From Candidatus Cloacimonadales bacterium (GTDB lineage Bacteria > Cloacimonadota > Cloacimonadia > Cloacimonadales > JAFGVF01): a stretch of 64,000 nucleotides of DNA. Numbering within the stretch: the first letter of the stretch is position 1; every line of letters begins with the position of its first letter. Under the pieces are notes generated by a model that saw only the letters and a list, made by a program, of their open reading frames with translations, was not told the DNA's origin and made no database searches. The stretch spans positions 2,112,001 to 2,176,000 of the forward strand of contig OY782781.1 of assembly GCA_963678315.1 (NCBI GenBank), written 5' to 3'. Below, piece after piece: positions 50,563 through 60,900 of this stretch. The position numbers were made by a program, and so were the translations under genes.

Positions 50563-51663
50563 ATGGAAATATCTAATTTTAAGAAAGTAAGAAACTTTAT
50601 TGAGTATTTTGGTAAGCCATTTACCTGCACAGTTGTTGCAGGTGAAACTGGTTTAACTAAAGTACAAGCGACCAAAGTATTGGGTAGAATGTTAACTAAA
50701 GGAATTATTAAAGCCATTTCTAAAGAAGGAAAATACGCTATCTACGTTAAGAATAGCGATTATAAAGAATCAAATCTAGTTAACAGCTACAATTTTGAAA
50801 TAAAATTTTTAAAGAACATTATCAAGAAATTGAAAAGTGGAGACTTCACTAGTGCTAGGCAGATAGCAGAATCCCTTGGTTGTGAGAAGAAACGTTTAAC
50901 ACGTTATTTGGTAGCACTCTGTTCTATTGGAATAGTAGATGTTGTTGATAGACAATATAAAGTCGTTAAAGACATCGATCTACTTCTAGTTGGAAGTAAG
51001 TTTGATAAATTAATTTTAAAGAAACTCAAAGCCAAAAACGTTGAGTTTGAAGAAGGAGTAATAATGGGAAGAAAGGAGAAGATGCTATATGATGCTAATG
51101 GAAGAGAGTACCCAGCAAAGATACTTGATCCTCACATCGTAAAGAGAGATACAGTCGTTAATCGTCTTATGGGTAAAGCTATAAAACTACATGATAAAAT
51201 TGAATCTGATAAGATTAAAATGGCTGAAGATATTGATAAGTATTTAACCCAGACAGCTCAGAAGTATGGAGAAGAGTGGAAAGGTAATGCAGAGTTAGTA
51301 TCTTTTGATGGTAAGTACAAGGTTGAAATTAGACAAAGAGAGCATATTGATTTCAGTGAAAAACTTCAAATAGCTAAACAGAAGATTGATGATTGTTTAA
51401 AGCGTTGGAGTGAAGATTCAAATATTAATCTTCAGGCTGTTATCAAAGAAGCCTTTCAAGTTGATAAGAAAGGAGAGATTGCTAAAAGCAGAATCTTAGG
51501 TCTTAGACGCTATAACATCAAAGATAAACAGTGGCAACAAGCAATGGATTTAATCGATGAGGCTATCCAGGTAACTTCAACTAAACAGTATATCGCCTTT
51601 TATGAAAGAGCAAGCAAGGATAAGTCATTCAAGCTTGTCTCACTTAATTTTAGTGCATTATAG
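50563..51663 (+). CDS. Winged-HTH domains fused in frame to a DUF3164-family Mu-like phage protein
   Basis: C-terminal half has DANG..YP, SFDGKYKV, LQIAKQKIDDCL..W, AFQVDKKG.I, W..AM..I. An internal ATG at 51064 has an AAGGAG RBS. Confidence 0.75.
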   Translation: MEISNFKKVRNFIEYFGKPFTCTVVAGETGLTKVQATKVLGRMLTKGIIKAISKEGKYAIYVKNSDYKESNLVNSYNFEIKFLKNIIKKLKSGDFTSARQIAESLGCEKKRLTRYLVALCSIGIVDVVDRQYKVVKDIDLLLVGSKFDKLILKKLKAKNVEFEEGVIMGRKEKMLYDANGREYPAKILDPHIVKRDTVVNRLMGKAIKLHDKIESDKIKMAEDIDKYLTQTAQKYGEEWKGNAELVSFDGKYKVEIRQREHIDFSEKLQIAKQKIDDCLKRWSEDSNINLQAVIKEAFQVDKKGEIAKSRILGLRRYNIKDKQWQQAMDLIDEAIQVTSTKQYIAFYERASKDKSFKLVSLNFSAL

Positions 51664-51673
51664 ATAATTTATC

Positions 51674-51726
51674 AGCAAAGTGACTGCTCCTAATCCTGGG
51701 AGTGTTTCTCTTTGCTTATTTTTTTG
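51674..51726 (+). terminator. Hairpin + U-tract inside the early operon
   Basis: agcaaag..gctcc-loop-ggag..ctttgct followed by tattttttt. Confidence 0.45.
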
Positions 51727-51795
51727 TGGTAACTGTAGGCATCGAGGTTTGACGATATCCTCTAGTCTGTTTAGATAGCTCCAGGAGATATAAAT

Positions 51796-52008
51796 ATGGT
51801 ACAAGTTTTTAATGAGAGCAGATGCTACACTCCAGTTGGAGTAGCAGAAATATTGAGTGTAGATATAAGTACAATCTACAGATTGATAAGAGACATTGAT
51901 GATCCTCTTCCTGCATTTAGATTAAAGAATAATGGGCAGTTAAGAGTTCATGGAAAAGAAATCAACAAATACCTAGAAGATCATAAAGTTGATCCTCTTT
52001 ACGAATAA
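51796..52008 (+). CDS. Small HTH (excisionase/MerR-like) DNA-binding protein
   Basis: YTPVGVAEILSVDISTIYRLI...LPAFRL...LRV; AGGAG RBS. Confidence 0.8.
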   Translation: MVQVFNESRCYTPVGVAEILSVDISTIYRLIRDIDDPLPAFRLKNNGQLRVHGKEINKYLEDHKVDPLYE

Positions 52009-52013
52009 ATAAA

Positions 52014-52397
52014 ATGACTGAAAGGCAGATTGAGTTAGCAAAGCGTTTGAGAAAGAAGATAGTTATTTTCGCAAAAAATGATCTCCGAATAACTATGGAT
52101 GAACTTCATTATCAGATGCAAACTTTAGGATATGGAATATCTTTAAGAGCACTCAATCTGCCTTCTTTAGTTAACTTAAATCTTATCATCCGAGGAAAGC
52201 AAAACCATATCTATGAGAATCTTGATCCTCAAGGTAAGAAGATATGGGCACTCTATAAATCATCTAATTGGAGTAAAGACCAGTTGTATGCATTTATAGC
52301 TCAGAAATTTAGCAAATCAGGAATCAAATATCTAACCAAAAATGAAAAAGGAACTTTAATTAAAGTCTTACAATCTTATGAACTCAAGAGAATATAA
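52014..52397 (+). CDS. GemA/gp16-like (DUF1018) Mu phage protein
   Basis: Q.KKIWAL...L.AFI....L...E...LI.VL pattern and its position in the Mu-like operon. Confidence 0.55.
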   Translation: MTERQIELAKRLRKKIVIFAKNDLRITMDELHYQMQTLGYGISLRALNLPSLVNLNLIIRGKQNHIYENLDPQGKKIWALYKSSNWSKDQLYAFIAQKFSKSGIKYLTKNEKGTLIKVLQSYELKRI

Positions 52398-52839
52398 AAT
52401 AAAACGTATATCAGCTAAAAAGCTCTATCTTAAGGGTGAAACTAATGCAGTAGCACTTGCTAAGATTTATGATGTTGCCGAAAAGACAGTCAGGAACTGG
52501 ATTAAGAAAGGTAACTGGGAAGCTGAACATGATGAGATAGCATCTCTTGAAGACAAGATTAAGATAGCTCTTAAGAAGGCTTTAATTAAAGCTCTAACAG
52601 AATATGCGAGAGCACCACAAGACACTGCTCTTCAATCTTTAGTATCACTGCTTAGACAGTACAAGAAAGATTTCGAACCTACCAAAGACTTTATCGAATA
52701 TATGAAAAAGTTCTTAGATTGGCTTGTTGATTATTTCTTAACTAAAAATGATGATGAAATAGCCAGATCAATTCAAAAAGAAATTTTAGGAGAATCTGGT
52801 ATTGTAGAATATTTTAGAAAGAGAGCAAGTAGTGGTTAA
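52378..52839 (+). CDS. Putative terminase small subunit (N-terminal HTH)
   Basis: AKKLYL...LAKIYDVAEKTVRNWIKKGNW HTH; overlaps the TerL start. Confidence 0.65.
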   Translation: MNSREYKIKRISAKKLYLKGETNAVALAKIYDVAEKTVRNWIKKGNWEAEHDEIASLEDKIKIALKKALIKALTEYARAPQDTALQSLVSLLRQYKKDFEPTKDFIEYMKKFLDWLVDYFLTKNDDEIARSIQKEILGESGIVEYFRKRASSG

Positions 52840-54376
52840 GATTACTCAAAAAGATTATAAGAACTTTTCGGACATTGCTTCCAAAACTTCCAGTGTGAAA
52901 CCATTTCAAAATGATACACCTACTAAACAGAAGCAAAGAATAAGAAAGGCTACTGGTGAAAACTGGTCAGCCTTCTCTTATTTTTGTGTAAGTTATTTTC
53001 CTCATATTTTCAAACTAGCATTTGTAGATGCTCATCAGGAGATGTTTGAGATTACTGAAAAGTATAACGGTGTAACATCTATTACAGGTTTTAGAGGACT
53101 AGGTAAGACAGTTCTGATGGGTGTAGTCTACCCTATCTGGAAAATTATTAAAGGTGAGAGATATATTATTCACACTGCTGCTGATGCAGATTTAGCAGAA
53201 GAGAGAACATCATTTACTTATAATGAGTTAACTCAGAATAAAAGACTTCAGCTTGATTTTGATGGGATTATGCCAGTTGATAGAGATGAATCAGATTTCT
53301 ATCTTCAGAACAAGTGCAGAATAAGAGCTAGAGGTATTAAGCAATCTTTTAGAGGAAGTATTAACCCTAGAACCTCTACAAGACCAGGACTAGTTATCTG
53401 TGATGATATTGATAAAGAGGAAAACATTGGTAATCAATCCATTGGTAAGAAGAAGATGGATAAGATTATTCAAGAGATTGGTGGAGCATTGAACCCTTCA
53501 GGAGATGGTAAAATAATCTGGCTTGGTAATCTAGTACATCCTAATTATGCAATCTGTCAATTCCAACAAGACATCATTGATGAGTTAAAATCAGAGATCA
53601 AAGAGTTTAATCCAGAGAATGTCAAACATCTCTATGGCTTGGAAAAGCGACTCTTGAGATTTCCATTAGAGAATCAAGATGCACAAAGCGTCTGGGAAGA
53701 ACAATATCCAACTGAAGAATTACCAAAGCTGAAGAAGAAGTTTGGCTTAACAGGATATCAAAGAGAATTTTTAGGAAAACCAGTAATTGAAGGAAACATG
53801 TTCAAGTTCCACTGGTTTATGAAATATACTACTATTCCCAAAAGATTTAAAAGAATATGGATGTATGCAGATCCTGCTTGGGGAGAAAAAGGTTGTTACA
53901 AGGCTATTATTTCTATTGGTTATGATGGTTATAAGTTCTATGTACTCCATATCTGGATTAGGCAGACCGAGAACAGTAAGTTCTTTAGTTACTACTATGA
54001 TGCCTACTCAGAATTATCCAGGAAGTATGGAGTCAGATTTAGAGCTGCAATTGAGACTAATTTTGGTCAACACAGGATATTAGCTGATTTTGATAGATGG
54101 TGTAAAGAGAACAATCGCCATCCAATATCACATAGAATCAGAAGAATCAACAATGATAAAAATAAAAATCTTAGAATTGAAAGAACAGATACTACAATCG
54201 AAACAGGTAAAGTGCAATTTCCAGATGGTCAAGATACTCCCACTCTTATAAACCAGTATTTAACATATCCAGATGGTTATGTAGATGGCCCTGATGCCTT
54301 AGCTGGCTGTTTAGAGAGATTCCCAGAATATGACACTGGAAAATCTAGAGTCAGAGTTAGGAGTTTTTCGTTTTGA
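52832..54376 (+). CDS. Phage terminase large subunit
   Basis: GFRGLGKT, ICDDID and GN motifs; RNase H-like nuclease domain YADPA, IETN, DGPDALAG. Confidence 0.85.
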   Translation: MVKITQKDYKNFSDIASKTSSVKPFQNDTPTKQKQRIRKATGENWSAFSYFCVSYFPHIFKLAFVDAHQEMFEITEKYNGVTSITGFRGLGKTVLMGVVYPIWKIIKGERYIIHTAADADLAEERTSFTYNELTQNKRLQLDFDGIMPVDRDESDFYLQNKCRIRARGIKQSFRGSINPRTSTRPGLVICDDIDKEENIGNQSIGKKKMDKIIQEIGGALNPSGDGKIIWLGNLVHPNYAICQFQQDIIDELKSEIKEFNPENVKHLYGLEKRLLRFPLENQDAQSVWEEQYPTEELPKLKKKFGLTGYQREFLGKPVIEGNMFKFHWFMKYTTIPKRFKRIWMYADPAWGEKGCYKAIISIGYDGYKFYVLHIWIRQTENSKFFSYYYDAYSELSRKYGVRFRAAIETNFGQHRILADFDRWCKENNRHPISHRIRRINNDKNKNLRIERTDTTIETGKVQFPDGQDTPTLINQYLTYPDGYVDGPDALAGCLERFPEYDTGKSRVRVRSFSF

Positions 54377-55251
54377 CATATTTTGATAAGCTTATTTACC
54401 AATACTACCAAGTTTTGAACAACTCCTGGAAGAAGGAAATCAAAGATTCAGCCAAGCAAGCTCTTCAGATGCTAGCAGATATCCCAAAACATGAAAGAAT
54501 AAATAAGAGCCATATAGACGACATCTTAAACATAATAGCCTCCAACATGGGAGAAGACTTTTCATCGCTTGTACGCACCGATACGAAGGCTTTCATCAAA
54601 AGAAACCTCCTATTAGGTCTTAGTGATGCCAAGAAACAAGTGCCAAATAATATATCGATAGGAATATATGGAATCAGAGAAAACAAATTAGAAACTCTCA
54701 TCACTAAACAAAATCTCTTCTGGATAGGAAATAAGTATGGCACAGATATCGAAACCAGATTCAAGAACACACTTAAAGAATCGGTATCTTCAGGATTTAC
54801 CAAAGAGATGCTTGCTAATAAGCTAAAAGAAGAGTTCAAATCTCTTGGAGATAAGAATCAACACTACTGGCAAGGTTTAGCTGAGCATACAGCCCTTAGA
54901 ATACGAGAATTTGGAAGATTAGAAGGATATCATAAAGCAGGAGCTACAGGCTACAGGCTTGTTGTTGTACTTGATGATAGAACATCAGAGATTTGCAGAG
55001 CTTTAGCAAGCCAGGACAAAGTATATCCTGTAGATACTGCTATTGATACTATGAACCAGCTATTAAGCATAAATACCAATAAACACTCCTTAGACACAGT
55101 TAGAGAAATGACTAAGCAGATAGCTCCTTGGGTTTCTGATAAACAAATAAAAAGAGACCCAACTGGTAATCCAATTGGAGTCTCTGTAAATTATTCACCT
55201 TTCCCGCCATTTCATTGGAGATGTAGGACTACTACTGAAATTGTTTATTAG
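54373..55251 (+). CDS. Phage head morphogenesis protein (Mu gp30/F, SPP1 gp7 family)
   Basis: VLDDRTSEICR and C-terminal PPFHWRCRT. Confidence 0.88.
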   Translation: MTYFDKLIYQYYQVLNNSWKKEIKDSAKQALQMLADIPKHERINKSHIDDILNIIASNMGEDFSSLVRTDTKAFIKRNLLLGLSDAKKQVPNNISIGIYGIRENKLETLITKQNLFWIGNKYGTDIETRFKNTLKESVSSGFTKEMLANKLKEEFKSLGDKNQHYWQGLAEHTALRIREFGRLEGYHKAGATGYRLVVVLDDRTSEICRALASQDKVYPVDTAIDTMNQLLSINTNKHSLDTVREMTKQIAPWVSDKQIKRDPTGNPIGVSVNYSPFPPFHWRCRTTTEIVY

Positions 55252-55255
55252 CAAA

Positions 55256-56266
55256 CTATCCTTTAGTGCAATATTTTATGTATTCTTCTGTAAAACTATT
55301 AGATAGTTCTGTATCTTCATAAATAATATCAAATTGGTTACTTAAATAAGCTCTACACATTGTTTTAACTTCCCTTTGCCCAGCTATATGAATTACTTTC
55401 TGCTCAATTTTCAGATTTAATTTTTTTGCAGTATGACTTTGGGTACCAATAATAATTCCTCTGTCAACTTTATCTCTAACAAGAATCTCAATCATCCTTT
55501 GTTTTACTTGTTTGGTTACCTCTCTATTGTACCAGTTTTTTATTTCAACATAAATAGCTTCAGATGTAATTGGATCTTCTAGTATTAAGTCTTTTCCTCC
55601 ATCTTTACTACTAGGTGTAAGAAAAGTTTTATACCCCAATCCTTCAAATAATTCTGCAAATAAATGTTCAACATTCCTCCAATCTATTTTTTTAAAAATG
55701 TTACCATCTCTAACAAGTTCATGAATTAAAGATTTACAAGCATTCCTAATTATCATATAATATGGAGATTTGTTTAACTCATCATATTTCTCAATAGTTC
55801 TTAATAATCCATTCTCCCATAATCTAATTAGTTGGTCATACACTATATGTGCTTTTCGTATAAATAACTCTTGGGGGATCTTTTGAGAAAAATCATCAGG
55901 TAAGAAGTTTTCTAACAGAATAGAGTTAAGCCTTAAACTATTTCTAAGCTTTTTGATTTGCAATGGTAATTTATTCTCATTTTCAACATCTAACATAATA
56001 ACAGTCACAGGAATATCATGTGAAGTAGCATATTGTAACTCAGTCTCAACTAAGGTATGCCCCCATGCATCTCTAATTGAAGGTAATTCAGACCCTATTA
56101 TAAAGCCAAAATGATTGGATAAATCAATCAAAGATTTAACATCTCGTGATTCTTCTCCATTTTTTTCTAAAACTGTATATCCTAATCTAGTTAAAACTTC
56201 TCTAACTATGTCTCGAACAAAAGGTGATAGTCCTGTAAAAGGACCTGAAATGAATACATTTTTCAA
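55256..56266 (-). CDS. DUF4062-like (TIR/NDT-fold) domain fused to an Mrr-like restriction endonuclease domain
   Basis: N-terminal VFISGPF.GL...R...GFIIG...TL.ETELQYA...IP; C-terminal EHLFAELFEGLGY...T..SKDGGKDLI...VEIK (PD-(D/E)XK). TTG start with a GGAG RBS. Confidence 0.8.
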   Translation of the reverse strand: MKNVFISGPFTGLSPFVRDIVREVLTRLGYTVLEKNGEESRDVKSLIDLSNHFGFIIGSELPSIRDAWGHTLVETELQYATSHDIPVTVIMLDVENENKLPLQIKKLRNSLRLNSILLENFLPDDFSQKIPQELFIRKAHIVYDQLIRLWENGLLRTIEKYDELNKSPYYMIIRNACKSLIHELVRDGNIFKKIDWRNVEHLFAELFEGLGYKTFLTPSSKDGGKDLILEDPITSEAIYVEIKNWYNREVTKQVKQRMIEILVRDKVDRGIIIGTQSHTAKKLNLKIEQKVIHIAGQREVKTMCRAYLSNQFDIIYEDTELSNSFTEEYIKYCTKG

Positions 56267-56276
56267 ATATTAACTC

Positions 56277-56762
56277 CTAATTTCTTTTATCTATCATATC
56301 TTCAATTTCTGCATCCTGAATTTTATCTCTCGCGAAACTTATTGGAAATAAACTTAATATCAAACTCCAAATTAATAGTAGAGTCTGTATTGATATGAGT
56401 GAAAATAATACACCTCTGAATATTAATTTGTAGGAGAAAAGATTTTTAAATTGGTAAACTAAAGGACTAAAGACACTAAACAGTAAACTAAAAATTATTA
56501 TCAATGTAGAATAAAGTAATGGTTTTGATAACCTGTCGAAATTTTCTACTTTTCGATATTTACCATCATATGCTACTTTTAGTAATTCTGGCTGTATAAT
56601 TGCAATCCAAGCTCCCATTATACCAAATATTATTGCCGATGTTGTTCTTAGTGATTCAAGGGTTGCAAATTGATTAGAAACTGGAATTTTCATTCCTAGA
56701 AAAAAAGAACAAATTGCGATAAGAGTTATCATAACAATAAAAATTAATGTTTTTATTTTCAT
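56277..56762 (-). CDS. Hypothetical multi-pass membrane protein (~4 TM)
   Basis: Four hydrophobic segments; lies 2 bp downstream of the upstream gene's stop. Confidence 0.8.
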   Translation of the reverse strand: MKIKTLIFIVMITLIAICSFFLGMKIPVSNQFATLESLRTTSAIIFGIMGAWIAIIQPELLKVAYDGKYRKVENFDRLSKPLLYSTLIIIFSLLFSVFSPLVYQFKNLFSYKLIFRGVLFSLISIQTLLLIWSLILSLFPISFARDKIQDAEIEDMIDKRN

Positions 56763-56764
56763 TA

Positions 56765-57805
56765 TTAGTCCTCAATTCTTGAAAAGATGATCTTTCTTTT
56801 AGCTGTTAGAGCTTCTTTTAGTGAATTAATATCATATAATTCTGTACTCTTATGAGTAACATCAATATCTAGTTCCCCTTTGACTATACTCTTACTTAAC
56901 CAGTACGTTTCTCTATCTCCTTCTAAATTGAATCCTATATCGGATATTGTACTTTCATCTTTATTTTGCCACATGTTTAAAAGATCATTCACGTTGTTTT
57001 CGCTTGGATTGTAATTCGATTCATACTTAAAGTTCAGAACTTTATTAGATACCTTATTAATATCGTGAATCCCTGTGAATTTCAGGAAAGATTGAATAAC
57101 ATTTAAATCCTTTTCAATCTGTATATCTAACTTCATCTTAGTAATTAGTTTTCTGACATCTGAAAATCTACTCTTTAGTAAATCTAGTTGACCACCCAAT
57201 AATAGAAGATGAGACTCAAAAAAAGGATAGATAAGTTCATTCTGTTTGAAATGTTCTAGGTTCTCAATGCTAGGAGTTTTAATCCTAAAATTCTCTATCC
57301 TCTTCTCTTTAACAAATTTTGAATGAAATTGTAAAAAACTCTGCAAATAATGACAAAACTGTCTATTTCCGTTAACAATATGATTAAATCTAACAGTTAA
57401 ATAAATGTTCTTCGAAGGAAGTATCCAAAAGTAGGTACCATATCCAGGTACATAACCCTCTTCAAATTTAGTATCTTTCACATCTGCTTGATCAATAGGC
57501 TTAGTTGAGTTAATAGCACTAACACTATTATCTGTTGTTGGTGTTTCATTCCAAGTTGTAAGGAATATATCCCCATACTCATTTTTTGTGATATCTGCAC
57601 AAAAAGTTCTCATTATGTTTGAATTTTCTTGAGGATTTCCGTAAGTACAAGTCTCAGCTATGGTTTTATCATTTCTTTTTACCCATTCTATTAAATCATT
57701 GAAAATAATATCGCTAGTACCTGATAAAGACCTTTTATCTCCATAATGATAATATCCACATTTCTTGATATTAAAGTATCTTAGTTTTGCTTTTTCATTC
57801 ATCAT
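56765..57805 (-). CDS. Hypothetical soluble protein, first gene of a three-gene operon
   Basis: 346-aa ORF with an AGGAGG RBS; motifs YFNI.KCGYY, TWNE, PGYGTYFW; no family recognised. Confidence 0.8.
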   Translation of the reverse strand: MMNEKAKLRYFNIKKCGYYHYGDKRSLSGTSDIIFNDLIEWVKRNDKTIAETCTYGNPQENSNIMRTFCADITKNEYGDIFLTTWNETPTTDNSVSAINSTKPIDQADVKDTKFEEGYVPGYGTYFWILPSKNIYLTVRFNHIVNGNRQFCHYLQSFLQFHSKFVKEKRIENFRIKTPSIENLEHFKQNELIYPFFESHLLLLGGQLDLLKSRFSDVRKLITKMKLDIQIEKDLNVIQSFLKFTGIHDINKVSNKVLNFKYESNYNPSENNVNDLLNMWQNKDESTISDIGFNLEGDRETYWLSKSIVKGELDIDVTHKSTELYDINSLKEALTAKRKIIFSRIED

Positions 57806-57924
57806 TAACCTCCTATTTCATTAGGTACACCTGTAAACCAAGTGAAGTATATACCTTCAAAACTACATAGCTACTACTTTTAACAAACCTTGCTATAATA
57901 TTATGCTCAAAATCTTTTTGATTA

Positions 57925-57953
57925 AAGTTGAGCTCTACCATTCAGTAGAGCTC
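57925..57953 (-). terminator. Terminator after the S8 protease gene
   Basis: gagctctac-cattca-gtagagctc stem-loop. Confidence 0.6.
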
Positions 57954-57974
57954 CTATATTTTTTGCTTATGATT

Positions 57975-60900
57975 CTACTTAATTAGCAAACATTTCTTCA
58001 CAACTGCTTGCTTATTTGATTCAAGTTTATAGAAATACATACCTGATGCTACTTTTTTATTTTGATTATTATTTCCATTCCATACAATTTGATATTGACC
58101 TTTTTCCATGTCACTGTCGAGTAATGTTTTTACCTTTTGTCCTCTTACATTGTAAATATTTAGTTTAACTCGACTTTTTTGTGGTATGAAATACCTTATA
58201 TTTGTTGAGGGGTTGAATGGATTAGGATAACAATTATAAAGTACTGGTTTTAAAGGAATAACTTGGCTTTGTGTATTCTCTGGATTCCTAAGTGAAGCCA
58301 ATATTTTTCTTGTATTCATTATATGATCGTTTCTTGAGCGTGGCATTAGGCTTGAGTATTTTGTCGTACATTTACCACCACTTTCCAGCCAAGCAGATCC
58401 CATATCAATTACAGCAAAACAGGAATCATTATATGTTGGTGGAGACTCAATTATACTAGCATAATGATCAATGGCACCTTGGAAATTATAAATTAATCTA
58501 TTACAAAGTGCTTTAGTGTTTAATAACTCTCTTCTAAAGTCATTTTGATTTGGATATGATATCAGTTTAGCATCAATCCATTCAATTAAGTCTGGTACTT
58601 GATTAGTTTTAGAATGACATACTGTTATACCTTTAAGCACCTGAAAATCAGCATCTGTTAGAAGAGAATCATTAAGTACTTGGTAGTAATATTGTATTGC
58701 CATATCCCAGTTACTATTTATTCTGGCATTCTCAGCTAAATAGAATGGCTCATTCATCCCATCCCTACCGGCACTACCATTAGGAGTTGTTAACCAATGA
58801 TCATAGTTGATGTCTTCATACTGACTAAAGGTGCTCTTTATATCAGTTTCATTGGTATGTCCCCACCAATTCTGGTCAGCTTTAATCTGACTTTTCATAT
58901 TTTCTGTTACAATGTTTAATTGACCAGCTTGTATGTTTGTGAAATTATTAAATCCTTCATGAAGATAAGGTTGTGATTGTACAGCTAGCAATCCTACACC
59001 ATTATCAGATATTTTGTTTTCTCCTGTTCCGTTATAGGCAAGATAAGGAACTGCACTTTTATAAGAAGCAATCCCAATATCCGAGTTAAGAATTTTGTCA
59101 TGTCCAAAATCTACAAGGACATCATAAGCTAATATTGAAACTTCATTATTATTTAATATGCTGTTTTTTAGGACGTAAGTTCCGTTATCATACATTTCCA
59201 AACCTATTTCAGCATTGGATAGATAAGTATTATTCACTATTAATGAAGAATTATTAACAGATGATATCCCTAACCAATGATCCTGAATTGTATTTGGGCA
59301 CATACCTTTAACAACAACAGGATAGAGTTCTGTTCCGTTAAAATGAAATTCCCCATTATTATTTATAAAGTTCTTATTCCTAATACGAATTTCGATTCCT
59401 GGATTAACCTTAACACCAACTCCTGGATCTATACATATGTTTTTATTTATCACCACATCTTGCCTAATATGAATACTTTCATCCACAACACTCGGGATAT
59501 TATACAGATACTGAGCAGTGTTCCTTTCATTGTTTGAAAATTGAGTCCATTCATCCATTTCGTCAATATTATTATTCTTTATTGGAATCCTATAAATCTT
59601 TGCCTCATTTGTATCCTGATTACCAACCAATACATATAAATCTCTTATACTTGTAGAAAAAGCTGATCCAATTGCCATTGACTTAATATTAGCAAAGAAG
59701 TTTATGTTATAGCTTTGAAGAGGTTCTTCATTAACTTGATATACTGAGAGTTCATTGTCTTTTGATAAAACAACATCTTGTATGTTACTTTCTCCAAGAT
59801 CTGCAAGAAGTGATGGCCTCCTATTCTTATGATAGTATCCACCATTTTCAGAGGAATAATCGTTGGTTGTATGATTAATTCTATAGCCTTGTTCAACATC
59901 AAGAACTTCTTCTGAGGCTGTTGTTAAGATTTCAATTCCAAAGTTGTCAGGATAGAAATCTCCTGCAATAATTTTGCCAGGGGTTAAGTCAATATTATCA
60001 ATTTCATCAATTGGAGATGGAGTATTGTCAACATGAGACCAGATTTGAACTGGGTCTTCATCTCCAAAGTCATAACAGTAGGTAGTATAACTAGTAGTCC
60101 TCTCGATTCCCGGATGAAAATCTTTTGTAATCCCAAAAAATAGGCGATTATGATAAACTGGTTCGTCAGGATTAGTAAACTGAGGTTTAACCAAAAGCAA
60201 GTTAGTAGAGCGTAAGTTAGTTATTGAATCTATACCTGGGTCAATTACCCATTCGATGTCCCCTACATTGACATAATCATCTTTCGAACCACTCACAAAA
60301 TTACCTTTAAAGATACCTACCCAATTATCACTACCATTATTACTACCACTTACGACAGCAGTAAATTCACGGTAAAGAGTTTGATCAACATTTCCAACAG
60401 CCATTTCAGAAAGAAAGCGAGAACCATTTATAGTGTAATATTCAGTTTCAAGATCTGTACTAGGATAATTGTGTTGTGTTATTGTTCCATAAAATCCTGA
60501 ATCATTATCGTAATCATTTCCATTAACCAGAATATCCATCCTTCCATTACCAGTCAGGTCATCAACGATAAGCGACTTAACATCTCCTGAAAGTTGGTTA
60601 CTAAATGTAATTGGATACTGATTAATATCATCTAGATTTGAATCATAAGCATACACGGTTACTGCATTGGTCACAAAAACTACTTCAGCATTATCTCCAT
60701 ATATTATATCACCAAAGGCTGGTTTTGTAATTATAGAGTCATTAACTATTTCCATAAATAAATGTGAATTACGATATAAACATGCAAAGTATTCAAAGCT
60801 ATCATTAATTGGCTTCTTCAAACCAAAAGCTAATTCATCAAGACCATCATTATTCATATCAAATATTGCAACTTCTGAAGTTAACTGATATGTTGATAGG

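Larger units (their letters stand above)
45457..55251 (+). mobile_element. Mu-like transposable prophage (left end and core genes; right end not seen, element may extend past 64000)
   Basis: Repressor/ner divergence followed by MuA, MuB, DUF3164, GemA-like, TerS, TerL and MuF in Mu-like order; repeated end motifs at 45463-45824. Confidence 0.88.
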
